The notes beneath the pieces are model-generated. The model worked only from the letters and a program-made list of their open reading frames with translations, was not told the origin of the DNA and did no database searches. This document shows, in pieces, positions 29,178 to 37,492 of a DNA stretch of 64,000 nucleotides (position 1 is the first letter of the stretch; the number at the start of each line of letters is the position of its first letter). Source of the DNA: a virus. The stretch covers positions 1 through 64,000 of the IMG/VR virus record IMGVR_UViG_3300025438_000010; one strand, 5' to 3'. The position numbers and the translations under genes were made by a program.

Positions 29178-29369
29178 ATGTATCAGGTAAAAATCTTTAC
29201 ACACAGAGATGCCTCGCTCTTCGCCGAGTCTGAGACGTTCCAGACTAGGGAGGAAGCCGATGCCTACGCCACGTCTGTTGGCACGGGAGAGGGCTACTGG
29301 ACCGAGATTCACCACTCGCAGGCGGTGTGGAGCAACTTCACATCACACGAGAGGCTTGCCCACCAGTAA
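29178..29369 (+). CDS. hypothetical protein
   Basis: cassette 26. Confidence 0.7.
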   Translation: MYQVKIFTHRDASLFAESETFQTREEADAYATSVGTGEGYWTEIHHSQAVWSNFTSHERLAHQ

Positions 29370-29492
29370 GCCCTCACCCCAGGACCCCACTTCGGTGGGG
29401 CTTCTGGCATTCCGTAAAATTCGATCGACCCTAGGAATACAATAAAGACATAGACAGCAGGGAAATGCCCTGTGTCTACCTGGGAGGCACTA

Positions 29493-29714
29493 ATGGCTCA
29501 CAACTACAAGGTCAATGGCTGGTTCGGTTCTACCACGGCAGGGTGGCGTATCGCCCTGGAGCCTGCTTTCTTCGAGGACATCGAGGAGGCACGGCTCTAT
29601 GCCCAGGGACTCCACCTAGCCAATCAGGAGGCTAACACGGAAGCCTACGAGGTCGAGGTCTTCAGACTTCGGGAGCGAGGTCTTGCTCTCCGAGTCCTGG
29701 AGTACAGCGCCTAG
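29493..29714 (+). CDS. hypothetical protein
   Basis: GGGAGG SD; start MAHN. Confidence 0.7.
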   Translation: MAHNYKVNGWFGSTTAGWRIALEPAFFEDIEEARLYAQGLHLANQEANTEAYEVEVFRLRERGLALRVLEYSA

Positions 29715-29799
29715 GACTACCCCAGGGACCCCACTTCGGTGGGGTTTCTGGAGTTCTTGCGCCGTAAAAATCCCGGAGTGAGATTGGTACAATGGAACC

Positions 29800-29897
29800 A
29801 CACCACAAGGGAGCACAGGGCTCCTCGCGGAGCTCTCCACGAGAGCAAGCTCTAGCTCATCACCAGGACCCCACTTCGGTGGGGTTTCTGGCGTTTA
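29800..29897 (+). ncRNA. candidate small RNA (ORF-less 28th cassette)
   Basis: promoter, two short hairpins and terminator; no SD-led ORF. Confidence 0.4.
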
Positions 29898-29964
29898 TAG
29901 GTTTTTACGATAAAGGTGTGTAGGGTAGTGGCAACTAACTAATATTTATTTCTAGGGGGGAATA

Positions 29965-30423
29965 GTGGCTAATCCAGATACGGACTTACAAGGGGTAGGG
30001 GTCTACTTAGAACAAAGATCCCCTAACAGACTGACCGGAGCTACTCACCAGCTGTTTATTTTTCCGGAGGGCTATACGCCTACACTTCAAAGGATTGTCC
30101 CTAAGGTTTTCCATAGGCATCTCAACAGGTACGCCCCACGGAAGAACTGGATCTGTGCGCCATTACACCTTAACGAGGTTGACTTTTCTGATGAGGAAAC
30201 TGTGGCTGAGTTACTACTACCTCCGCTGGCTCGAGCTGTATGGGGAGAGTACACACTGGTTGGGAAGCCACTACTCTTCGAGGTATCAAAGAAGGACATG
30301 TTCGAGGTTGCTAGGAGAAAACTACCTACGCGGATTAATTTAAAGATAAAGACAATGCGGAGTGCTCACGGCTACCCAGAATCTGTAGTCGAGATCGAGA
30401 AGAAGGAGGAAGCAGATGGTTGA
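29965..30423 (+). CDS. hypothetical protein
   Basis: 152 aa; coupled to the ATPase. Confidence 0.7.
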   Translation: MANPDTDLQGVGVYLEQRSPNRLTGATHQLFIFPEGYTPTLQRIVPKVFHRHLNRYAPRKNWICAPLHLNEVDFSDEETVAELLLPPLARAVWGEYTLVGKPLLFEVSKKDMFEVARRKLPTRINLKIKTMRSAHGYPESVVEIEKKEEADG

Positions 30424-31468
30424 TGTAGCACGGGATGGTGTAGGTAGGTTCCAGGGCCCGGTAAAAGGCTCAAGGGCAGTTACTGAGCTCGAATCATGGG
30501 ACATCTTGGTTGATATCCTTAAACAGAGCTCAGACGAGGCTGTGGCCAAGAGATTACTTGGTGAGGTCCCTGGAGATGGAAGATACATCCCACGGAAGCC
30601 TAAAGGCTCCGGGATGTCACAAAAGGAAAAGAAGTTAATGAATATTGATGCTCTAGAAGGCCACACCAGCTACGAGAGGCCAAATGGGGATCTCTACTAC
30701 AGCAGACCCTGGGGAGCTCACGCGGATGTCGAGGTCCTGAGGAAAGCCAGGGAAGCCACGGCTTCTGGCTCTGGCTCGTCGCTGTTTGCCTTGCTCTATG
30801 GATCACCAGGGTGTGGCAAGACTGCACTGGTCGAAGCGGCGTTCCCGGATGTTTATACGTTGATGGGAACTGGCGACACTGAGGTTGCTGACCTGGTTGG
30901 TGGTTACATCCAGAATGACGATGGTGGCTTCGAGTGGGTTGATGGTGATCTGTTGAAGGCTGCAGAAAATGGAGCTGTCTACTTCATCGACGAGATTGGG
31001 TTGATTGACCCCAAGGTTCTTTCAGTCGTGTACGGGCTGATGGATGGGCGGCGAGAGCTTTCTGTTACTGCCAACCCCCAACGCGGAACCATTAAAGCTC
31101 ATCCCAACTTTTATGTGGTGGCTGCAACAAACCCCAATGCTCCTGGCGTGCGGCTTTCAGAGGCGCTGCTGTCACGCTTCACGATGCAGGCAGAGATGAC
31201 CACGGACTGGGGACTGGCCAAGAAGTTAGGTGCCTCGGTCCGAATCGTCACTGCCGCCCAGAACCTGGCTAAGAAGCAGAGCTCGCGTGAGGTGTCTTGG
31301 GCACCTCAGATGCGAGAGCTCCTGGCGTTCAGGGATGTGTCAGAGCTTTATGGAACTGATTTTGCGATCTCTAATCTCCTGGCTTTGGCTCCAGAGATGG
31401 ATCGTCCAATGGTTGCAGATGTGTTGACCAGGGTCTATGCTGAGGACCACCGACCAGCGAGGATTTAA
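30416..31468 (+). CDS. MoxR/CbbQ/CobS-like AAA+ ATPase
   Basis: Walker A GSPGCGKT, Walker B FIDE, AATNP, ALLSRF. Confidence 0.9.
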   Translation: MVDVARDGVGRFQGPVKGSRAVTELESWDILVDILKQSSDEAVAKRLLGEVPGDGRYIPRKPKGSGMSQKEKKLMNIDALEGHTSYERPNGDLYYSRPWGAHADVEVLRKAREATASGSGSSLFALLYGSPGCGKTALVEAAFPDVYTLMGTGDTEVADLVGGYIQNDDGGFEWVDGDLLKAAENGAVYFIDEIGLIDPKVLSVVYGLMDGRRELSVTANPQRGTIKAHPNFYVVAATNPNAPGVRLSEALLSRFTMQAEMTTDWGLAKKLGASVRIVTAAQNLAKKQSSREVSWAPQMRELLAFRDVSELYGTDFAISNLLALAPEMDRPMVADVLTRVYAEDHRPARI

Positions 31469-31469
31469 G

Positions 31470-33218
31470 ATGGAGCATTTGAGGCACAGTGATCCAGAAG
31501 GGGAGAGCCCTCCGCCCCCGATCGAGTGGCTGAAGGTCGGGACCACTGTTGCTGACCTGACCAATCAGCTCTCTGCCCGGAATGACATCATCGCCCTCGT
31601 CGGGCCTGATGCGGCACATGGTGCGCCAGCCTGCTTCTTCCCCCACCACTCTGAGGTTGAGCTCAACACCAACACAGCTTTTGGGCCCAGAACAGCCCCA
31701 GAGGATGTCGGGGACCTCACTGATCCCAAGAGGCAGTACGAGTTTCCTCGTGCAGTTGGTCTGATTGCCCACGAAGCCTTCCATGCTCGATACAGCAGGT
31801 GGAGTGCGTCTGAAACAGCAGATCAGCTCAATGCGGAGGAGTTCAAGGCCTTCGAGCTGCTGGAGGAGTCACGAATTGAGTATCAGGGGCTTCAGGATGT
31901 CCCACGGGTTCGTGAGTTCATTAGATCGGCTGTGATTGACATTAATCTTGAGCACCGCCCCGAGATGGAGCACACAGAGGCCGCTTTCCAGGTTTTTGGT
32001 TTAATCAATGCACGCGTTCAGGCTGGCACGCTCGAGGAGCGAGAGGTCGAGGATGTTGTGGGCCAAGTCACTGACTTTTTAGGCGCAGAGCTTTCCCTGC
32101 ACTTGTCTGGAATTGTCTCGACGTTCCATGAGTCCAGAGATCTTTCGGAGAGGCACCAGCTGGCTCGTGAGTGGGTCGCTGCAAAGCATGAGGCGGCTGA
32201 TCAGAGAGGGGAGAAGCCTGATGGTGGTTTTGACCCCGCAGCCCTGGCTCAGGCCGTAAAAAATGCGCTAGAAGATATTATCCTTACAGCTAGCATTGCT
32301 TTAGCTGACCAAGAGTCAGACGAGGTAGCCGAAGCTTTCGTGCTTGATGTCCAACAAAAGACAAAGCAGCGTAAGCGCAACGAGCAGGAGGCAGAGAAGC
32401 TGTTCAGCAAAGCTTCGGAGCTTAGCTCAAGCTTCACTCGGTCACACATGAAGCAGATGCGGGATCCAACCCCCGAGGAGCGTGCGGCTGCAGTTATCGT
32501 CGCCACCGAGCTGGAGAAGGCAAAGTACCACGACCGCATTGAGATTGAGACAGACAACTATCTTCCTCCTGGTCGACTTCGCACACGAGCACTTGTCCAA
32601 GCACGGGCAGCTGAGAGCAAGGGCCTCAGGCTGGCAAGCACACCCTGGCGTAGGACCAAGCGCAAGCACACTATCGACCCTTCTCTCACAGTGGGGGTGA
32701 TGGTGGACATCTCTGGCTCTATGTCGAGCGCCATGGAGCCTATGGCAGTGACAGCCTGGGTCATGAGCGAGGCAGTTCGTAGGATTCAGGGGCGAGCGGC
32801 TATGATCTACTATGGCGACTCAGTGTTCCCCACACTCAGCCCTGGGCAGCACCTAGAGAAGGTCTACATCTACGGAGCCTATGATGGCAGCGAGGAGTTT
32901 GACAAGGCTTTTCGTGGGCTAGATGGGGCCCTTGGACTTCTTGAGGGCTCGGGTGCTAGACTGTTAGTGATATCGTCTGATGGACACTATCGGTCTGATC
33001 AGATTGAGCAGGCACGACATTGGATCACAGAGTGCGCCAAAGCCGGGGTTGCGATTCTTTGGTTGCCCTACGACACAGGGCGTAGTCTCAGCAGGCTCCT
33101 GGGCCCTGGTGTGCCCCAACATCATATTTCGGTGGTCACAGGAACTATGTCTCCAGCAGGCGTAGCCACACGCATTGGCCGAGCTGCAGCCGCAGCCCTG
33201 GCTCAGGCAAGTCAATAG
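31470..33218 (+). CDS. vWA domain protein with N-terminal HExxH domain (CobT-like MoxR partner)
   Basis: AHEAFH, LEESRIE; MIDAS DISGS, SDG. Confidence 0.85.
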   Translation: MEHLRHSDPEGESPPPPIEWLKVGTTVADLTNQLSARNDIIALVGPDAAHGAPACFFPHHSEVELNTNTAFGPRTAPEDVGDLTDPKRQYEFPRAVGLIAHEAFHARYSRWSASETADQLNAEEFKAFELLEESRIEYQGLQDVPRVREFIRSAVIDINLEHRPEMEHTEAAFQVFGLINARVQAGTLEEREVEDVVGQVTDFLGAELSLHLSGIVSTFHESRDLSERHQLAREWVAAKHEAADQRGEKPDGGFDPAALAQAVKNALEDIILTASIALADQESDEVAEAFVLDVQQKTKQRKRNEQEAEKLFSKASELSSSFTRSHMKQMRDPTPEERAAAVIVATELEKAKYHDRIEIETDNYLPPGRLRTRALVQARAAESKGLRLASTPWRRTKRKHTIDPSLTVGVMVDISGSMSSAMEPMAVTAWVMSEAVRRIQGRAAMIYYGDSVFPTLSPGQHLEKVYIYGAYDGSEEFDKAFRGLDGALGLLEGSGARLLVISSDGHYRSDQIEQARHWITECAKAGVAILWLPYDTGRSLSRLLGPGVPQHHISVVTGTMSPAGVATRIGRAAAAALAQASQ

Positions 33219-33234
33219 AAGGAGAAAGAGCATT

Positions 33235-33498
33235 ATGAGAGAAGAAGGATCCATAGTTATAAGCAGGCGCTACACCCCGATGCTGAGCGCAGCCCTGGGG
33301 CACTACATGAAATTCCTCACGGCCTCCCTCCATCGAGAAGAAGACATGGACATTGATCAAATGGCTGATTTCATGGAGGTGTACACGACAGCCGGAAGCC
33401 TCTGGGTCAAGGCAATGAAGTCCCAGGGGTTTGACCAGAAGGACATTGCAGCCCTGATGTCCATGATCGATGGTAGGCGCTTAGATGGTCTACTCTGA
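33235..33498 (+). CDS. hypothetical protein
   Basis: AAGGAG upstream. Confidence 0.6.
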   Translation: MREEGSIVISRRYTPMLSAALGHYMKFLTASLHREEDMDIDQMADFMEVYTTAGSLWVKAMKSQGFDQKDIAALMSMIDGRRLDGLL

Positions 33499-33700
33499 TC
33501 TCATCCCCCTGATTCGAGAGGTGCTGTTTGTCGGAGAGCATTTCACGATGATGACTTCGGTTGCTGTGGACGAGGCCCTACGGGAGCCTGGTGAGTCGGA
33601 CGACGAGTTTTACATCCGTCTTGCTTCGGTGGGTATAGAGCAGTACTACGGGTGGAATGTGCGGGAGCAGTCGGTCGATATTGCTGTCGTCCTGGAGTAG
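33485..33700 (+). CDS. hypothetical protein
   Basis: 71 aa; coupled. Confidence 0.6.
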   Translation: MVYSDLIPLIREVLFVGEHFTMMTSVAVDEALREPGESDDEFYIRLASVGIEQYYGWNVREQSVDIAVVLE

Positions 33701-33739
33701 GGTTGCTATCATATAGGGGTGGATAAATCATATCGCCCC

Positions 33740-33886
33740 GTGGCCAACCCTGCATACGCCAAGGCCATCTCCGAGCTTCGTCGAAGCAACGCGGCGGGCA
33801 CTCACGCGGACGCCAGATCGCGTAGAGAGAGAAGTCGAGAGGCGGCTCTCAAGGCGGCAATTAAACGAGAAACCGAGGCCGAGTGA
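33740..33886 (+). CDS. small basic protein
   Basis: ELRRSNAAG.H...RSR; hand translation. Confidence 0.55.
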   Translation: MANPAYAKAISELRRSNAAGTHADARSRRERSREAALKAAIKRETEAE

Positions 33887-34128
33887 ATGTACTAGAGGTT
33901 ACATACGTAACTCCTACCACCGCAGTTGCACTGGTCGACGACCCCAAGGATGGCTCCACTAAATTGGTGGTGGTGCACCTCACCGGGGAGGATGCTGTCG
34001 TGCTAGACTTTGACTCCTTGATAACTACTGAAGCACTGACTGCGGCAGGACCTCGAGAGGCGATGCGAGTCACTCGGGAACTTCGGAGTCAGCTGTGGGA
34101 TAGTGAGAGCGGTCATGCGGTATCCTAA
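33883..34128 (+). CDS. hypothetical protein
   Basis: GTGA overlap. Confidence 0.6.
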   Translation: MNVLEVTYVTPTTAVALVDDPKDGSTKLVVVHLTGEDAVVLDFDSLITTEALTAAGPREAMRVTRELRSQLWDSESGHAVS

Positions 34129-34171
34129 TATAGCGCCCCTCGTAGGGGCCGTGAAAGAACGGTTTAACACA

Positions 34172-34333
34172 ATGAAAGTTGATCTGAGTCGAGTAGTCTG
34201 GACCTCAGTTGCAGCCACTGGTTGCGCACTGGGCTCCATTGCCTCAGCCATCTGGGGCTCTTTGGATCTGACGCTGGCCCTTGGGCTGGTTGCAGTGGCC
34301 TCGGCTTTGCTGTCAACGCGAGAGGTTAGGTAA
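34172..34333 (+). CDS. small 2-TM protein
   Basis: MKVDLSR... hydrophobic. Confidence 0.6.
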   Translation: MKVDLSRVVWTSVAATGCALGSIASAIWGSLDLTLALGLVAVASALLSTREVR

Positions 34334-34725
34334 TGGATAACGAGAAGACCCCAGAAACAAAAGCAGATGAGCAGGAGAGTGCAGTAGTCATTGAGGCTGT
34401 GGAGCCCCAAGAGACTCCCAAGCCCAAGGCTCCAGTTGCTTCGACCCCAGCTAGTTCTATCGAGCATGGCTCAGTCGTTTCGATGTCGGCGATTGTCGCA
34501 GGCAGTAACAGCCGGAACTCTACTTCTGTGCGGCTGGTCCAAAGACGGCTAATTGAACTTGGCCACATGGGTGCAGGGTCTGACCTTCCCGGTTGGCTCA
34601 GCAATGGCACTCTCGACGCCCTGGCTGAGTACATGGACAAGGCACGAGTCAAGGCGTCAAGCGAAACTGATCATGCGGTGATTGAGTCCCTGATGAAGGG
34701 CACACCCGCCAAAGTCACCAAGTAG
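34333..34725 (+). CDS. hypothetical protein, possible PG-binding-like domain
   Basis: VRLVQRRLIELG...T.DAL. Confidence 0.6.
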   Translation: MDNEKTPETKADEQESAVVIEAVEPQETPKPKAPVASTPASSIEHGSVVSMSAIVAGSNSRNSTSVRLVQRRLIELGHMGAGSDLPGWLSNGTLDALAEYMDKARVKASSETDHAVIESLMKGTPAKVTK

Positions 34726-34928
34726 CCCACACGGTTCTAACACGGGCAACCTTGGGCGCTTTTTCTGTTGGGGTGGTGCCCCCTGTGGGAGTGCCCCCTT
34801 ACCCTAGCCAGGGGGGCGCTGGGGGTGACTTGAGTAGGCGCTACCCCAGGGGCTGAGACTCTACTAGGACAGTCTCCACCCCCAACGACTAAGCCCCCCT
34901 CTTTCGAGGGGGGCTAGCCTGTGATGAC

Positions 34929-35153
34929 CTACCAGGTGGCGACTGTGCGAGCCCCTGTGAACTCCCAGGGGAGTGAGCCGTAAGCCAAGCGAGCCATGTC
35001 GTGGAATGCAAGCTCTTCGTTCTTGTAGGTTGCGCTAGCAATTCCAGTTCCCATTGCCTTGCAGTCTTTGGCGAACTCGCGAACCTGCGCGACTGTGTCG
35101 ATTGCGAAGCTGTACTCTGTGCCGTTCATGTCCCTAGCTGTGATTCCAAACAT
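34929..35153 (-). CDS. 74-aa protein, copy 1
   Basis: GGGAGG SD; followed by terminator hairpin. Confidence 0.8.
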   Translation of the reverse strand: MFGITARDMNGTEYSFAIDTVAQVREFAKDCKAMGTGIASATYKNEELAFHDMARLAYGSLPWEFTGARTVATW

Positions 35154-35533
35154 TTTGCTACCTCCCAGATTGTGAGCCTGGCTTCGTGCCCTGCTCGTTG
35201 TAACTATTATTGCATGATTTATTAGAATAACCTAATCGCTTACATCCCGGGCGTGTCGCTTCTGGGTTGTAGGCTTTCATGCCGTGACCCCTCTAGAGTC
35301 ACTTGCCTATGTCCCTGAGTAGCACGGTTGCCCACACGGTTCTAACACGGGCAACCTTGGGCGCTTTTTCTGTTGGGGTGGTGCCCCCTGTGGGAGTGCC
35401 CCCTTACCCTAGCCAGGGGGGCGCTGGGGGTGACTTGAGTAGGCGCTACCCCAGGGGCTGAGACTCTACTAGGACAGTCTCCACCCCCAACGACTAAGCC
35501 CCCCTCTTTCGAGGGGGGCTAGCCTGTGATGAC

Positions 35534-35758
35534 CTACCAGGTGGCGACTGTGCGAGCCCCTGTGAACTCCCAGGGGAGTGAGCCGTAAGCCAAGCGAGCC
35601 ATGTCGTGGAATGCAAGCTCTTCGTTCTTGTAGGTTGCGCTAGCAATTCCAGTTCCCATTGCCTTGCAGTCTTTGGCGAACTCGCGAACCTGCGCGACTG
35701 TGTCGATTGCGAAGCTGTACTCTGTGCCGTTCATGTCCCTAGCTGTGATTCCAAACAT
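35534..35758 (-). CDS. 74-aa protein, copy 2 (identical)
   Basis: GAAAGGA SD; start MFGIT. Confidence 0.8.
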   Translation of the reverse strand: MFGITARDMNGTEYSFAIDTVAQVREFAKDCKAMGTGIASATYKNEELAFHDMARLAYGSLPWEFTGARTVATW

Positions 35759-35807
35759 TTTGTTTCCTTTCCCAGGTAGCTTGGCCTTGTGCCTTGCTGA
35801 TGTTTCT

Positions 35808-35838
35808 ATTATAGACACACCCCCCTAGGGGTTGTCAA
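35808..35838 (-). promoter_or_regulatory. sigma70/SigA-type promoter TTGACA-N19-TATAAT
   Basis: perfect hexamers, long spacer; leader resembles array leaders. Confidence 0.7.
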
Positions 35839-35879
35839 GTCTGAATCTGTTTTTCTGCATCCCGGGCGTGTCGCGCTTA

Positions 35880-36600
35880 GGTATGCGGGTATGTCTCTAG
35901 GGGGGGGTGTGACTGTGTACACCTAGCCCCTAGCCCCTACACGGGTGTAACACGGGCGCGAATTGGGGCAACCCTTCATGCGGTGGGTGGTCGCCCAGAG
36001 AGTCCCTGAGGGTTCCCTAGTACCTAGAGGGGAAGCCCCCCCCCTTACTTGCCTAGTTACTTGTGCGCCATTAGTCATACCCCAGGGGGCAGGGGTGTAC
36101 TAGTTGAGCACGCTCTAGCACTTAGTTGCCTGTCTCTAGGTCAGGGGGTAGCCCTCAATGCTTAGGTGACCCTTACCCACCCCCACCCCTACGCTCAGGG
36201 AGTACACCTAGACATGCGGGTGATGACCTTTTAGAGAGTCTCTGAATCTCTAGGTTGATTGACCAACACCCCACCCCCCCTATCCCCAGCACATCACCCC
36301 ACCCCCCACCCCTAGCACCCCACCCCCCTCACTAGTTGTCTCTCTTATGTCTCAATGTCTTAGTCGTGTCTAAATGTCCTAGTCAATGTCACTCAATGTC
36401 TTAGTTAATTTTTTTTTCGTCGAGTCTCCAAGATTTTTTTAGTGCCGGGTTTTTTAGCACAAACACAACACCCACCCCACCCCCCTGAATTACCCCACCC
36501 CCCTCCCGCCAAACAGGAAACAATCTCAACAGGGCTGAAATGTAAGCCCATCCAACTCACCGGTCAAATTCAAAAAAACATACTGTTCATATAAATAATG
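35880..36600. repeat. non-coding low-complexity region (C-tracts, CTAG-rich, AATGTC repeats)
   Basis: no ORFs; CACCCCACCCCC repeated; TGTC units at 36346-36400. Confidence 0.6.
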
Positions 36601-36665
36601 TTTCCGTACAATCTACGTTTCGCGATTCTCCGTACGATTCAGGTAAAGCCCTGTACAATAGAGAA

Positions 36666-37163
36666 ATGGCCTCCCTTTCCCCCGATGAAGTAGTTTTCCT
36701 CGAAAGTTTGCCTCGAGCAGCCTTTGAGTCAAGACTCCGCGCCTTGTGGAACACTGGCTGGTCTTTAAACTCTTTAGGCCAGTCTTTAAGGCCGCCACGC
36801 CCTAAAACAACAATCCACTTCTGGGTCCGCAGGGCTTCTGATGTGAAGCAGTTTCGTGCCGTACCTATGCCACCTAAGAAGTCTTTAGCGACCGAGACGC
36901 CAACAAAAAAGCCTCCCCGCCTGCGCTCAGTGTCCCCTGGGGTTCCGCAGGATATGAAACCTAGGCTTCTAGAGCTCTCATCCTTGGCGCGTCGCTATCG
37001 GTCAAAAACTTCGTCGTCCAGTCCTTTTGCGCAAGCAAATGAGGAGCTAACAACAATTTCCCTGACTCTCCGCAGTATGGGAGTGCCAACCGCCGCTATC
37101 GCTGAGGCTGCAGGGGTCTCGTACCGTGCAATGGCTAAGAGATTGAGTAAGAATCAAAAATGA
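36666..37163 (+). CDS. HTH DNA-binding protein
   Basis: GVPTAAIAEAAGVSYRAM; second HTH-like N-terminal segment; leaderless TACAAT-N6-ATG. Confidence 0.7.
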   Translation: MASLSPDEVVFLESLPRAAFESRLRALWNTGWSLNSLGQSLRPPRPKTTIHFWVRRASDVKQFRAVPMPPKKSLATETPTKKPPRLRSVSPGVPQDMKPRLLELSSLARRYRSKTSSSSPFAQANEELTTISLTLRSMGVPTAAIAEAAGVSYRAMAKRLSKNQK

Positions 37164-37492
37164 AAACGTATAAGACACAAAGCGGTACCTACAAAGAGGA
37201 GGACCTCGCTGTTGTAATCTGGGTAAACCCGAAACACCTCAAAAAAGCAAATGCTCGGTTCCTTGAGACCATGACCTCTGATAGCTCCCCACACCCGATG
37301 GCTTTTCCGATTACTTCTTTGACTACCAATAAGATGTGGCGAAATGCTCGGATCGCTAACACCAAAGAAGATGTCTACGCCCTTATCGGGTCTACCGAAC
37401 GAAACAAGCCGCTTCTCGTGCCACTCCCCACGGCAAGAGAGGCTTTGGACTGGACAAGCTTTTACGTCCCCACAGAGTATGTGGATATGTAA
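37160..37492 (+). CDS. hypothetical protein
   Basis: coupled ORF. Confidence 0.7.
   Translation: MKTYKTQSGTYKEEDLAVVIWVNPKHLKKANARFLETMTSDSSPHPMAFPITSLTTNKMWRNARIANTKEDVYALIGSTERNKPLLVPLPTAREALDWTSFYVPTEYVDM

Larger units (their letters stand above)
17163..29800 (+). promoter_or_regulatory. array of 28 CCGTAAAA-N18-TANNNT promoter cassettes, mostly preceded by a hairpin
   Basis: Box starts: 17163, 17602, 18124, 18757, 19571, 19857, 21010, 21833, 22288, 22856, 23306, 23737, 24002, 24467, 24911, 25214, 25565, 25968, 26508, 26788, 27101, 27436, 28023, 28479 (TCGT), 28749, 29090, 29412, 29762. The -10 hexamer starts at +26 in every copy. Confidence 0.95.
34725..35762. repeat. 433-bp perfect direct repeat (34725-35157, 35330-35762), period 605
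   Basis: identical by eye; degenerate third unit start near 35933. Confidence 0.95.

Noticed and set aside
17163-29897. CRISPR array or classical integron
   Set aside because: Units are hundreds of bp with ORFs and promoter motifs; no constant-length spacers, cas genes, attC consensus or integrase in the window.
32254-32285. CCGTAAAAAA inside the vWA gene
   Set aside because: Coding (AVKN); no -10 at +26.
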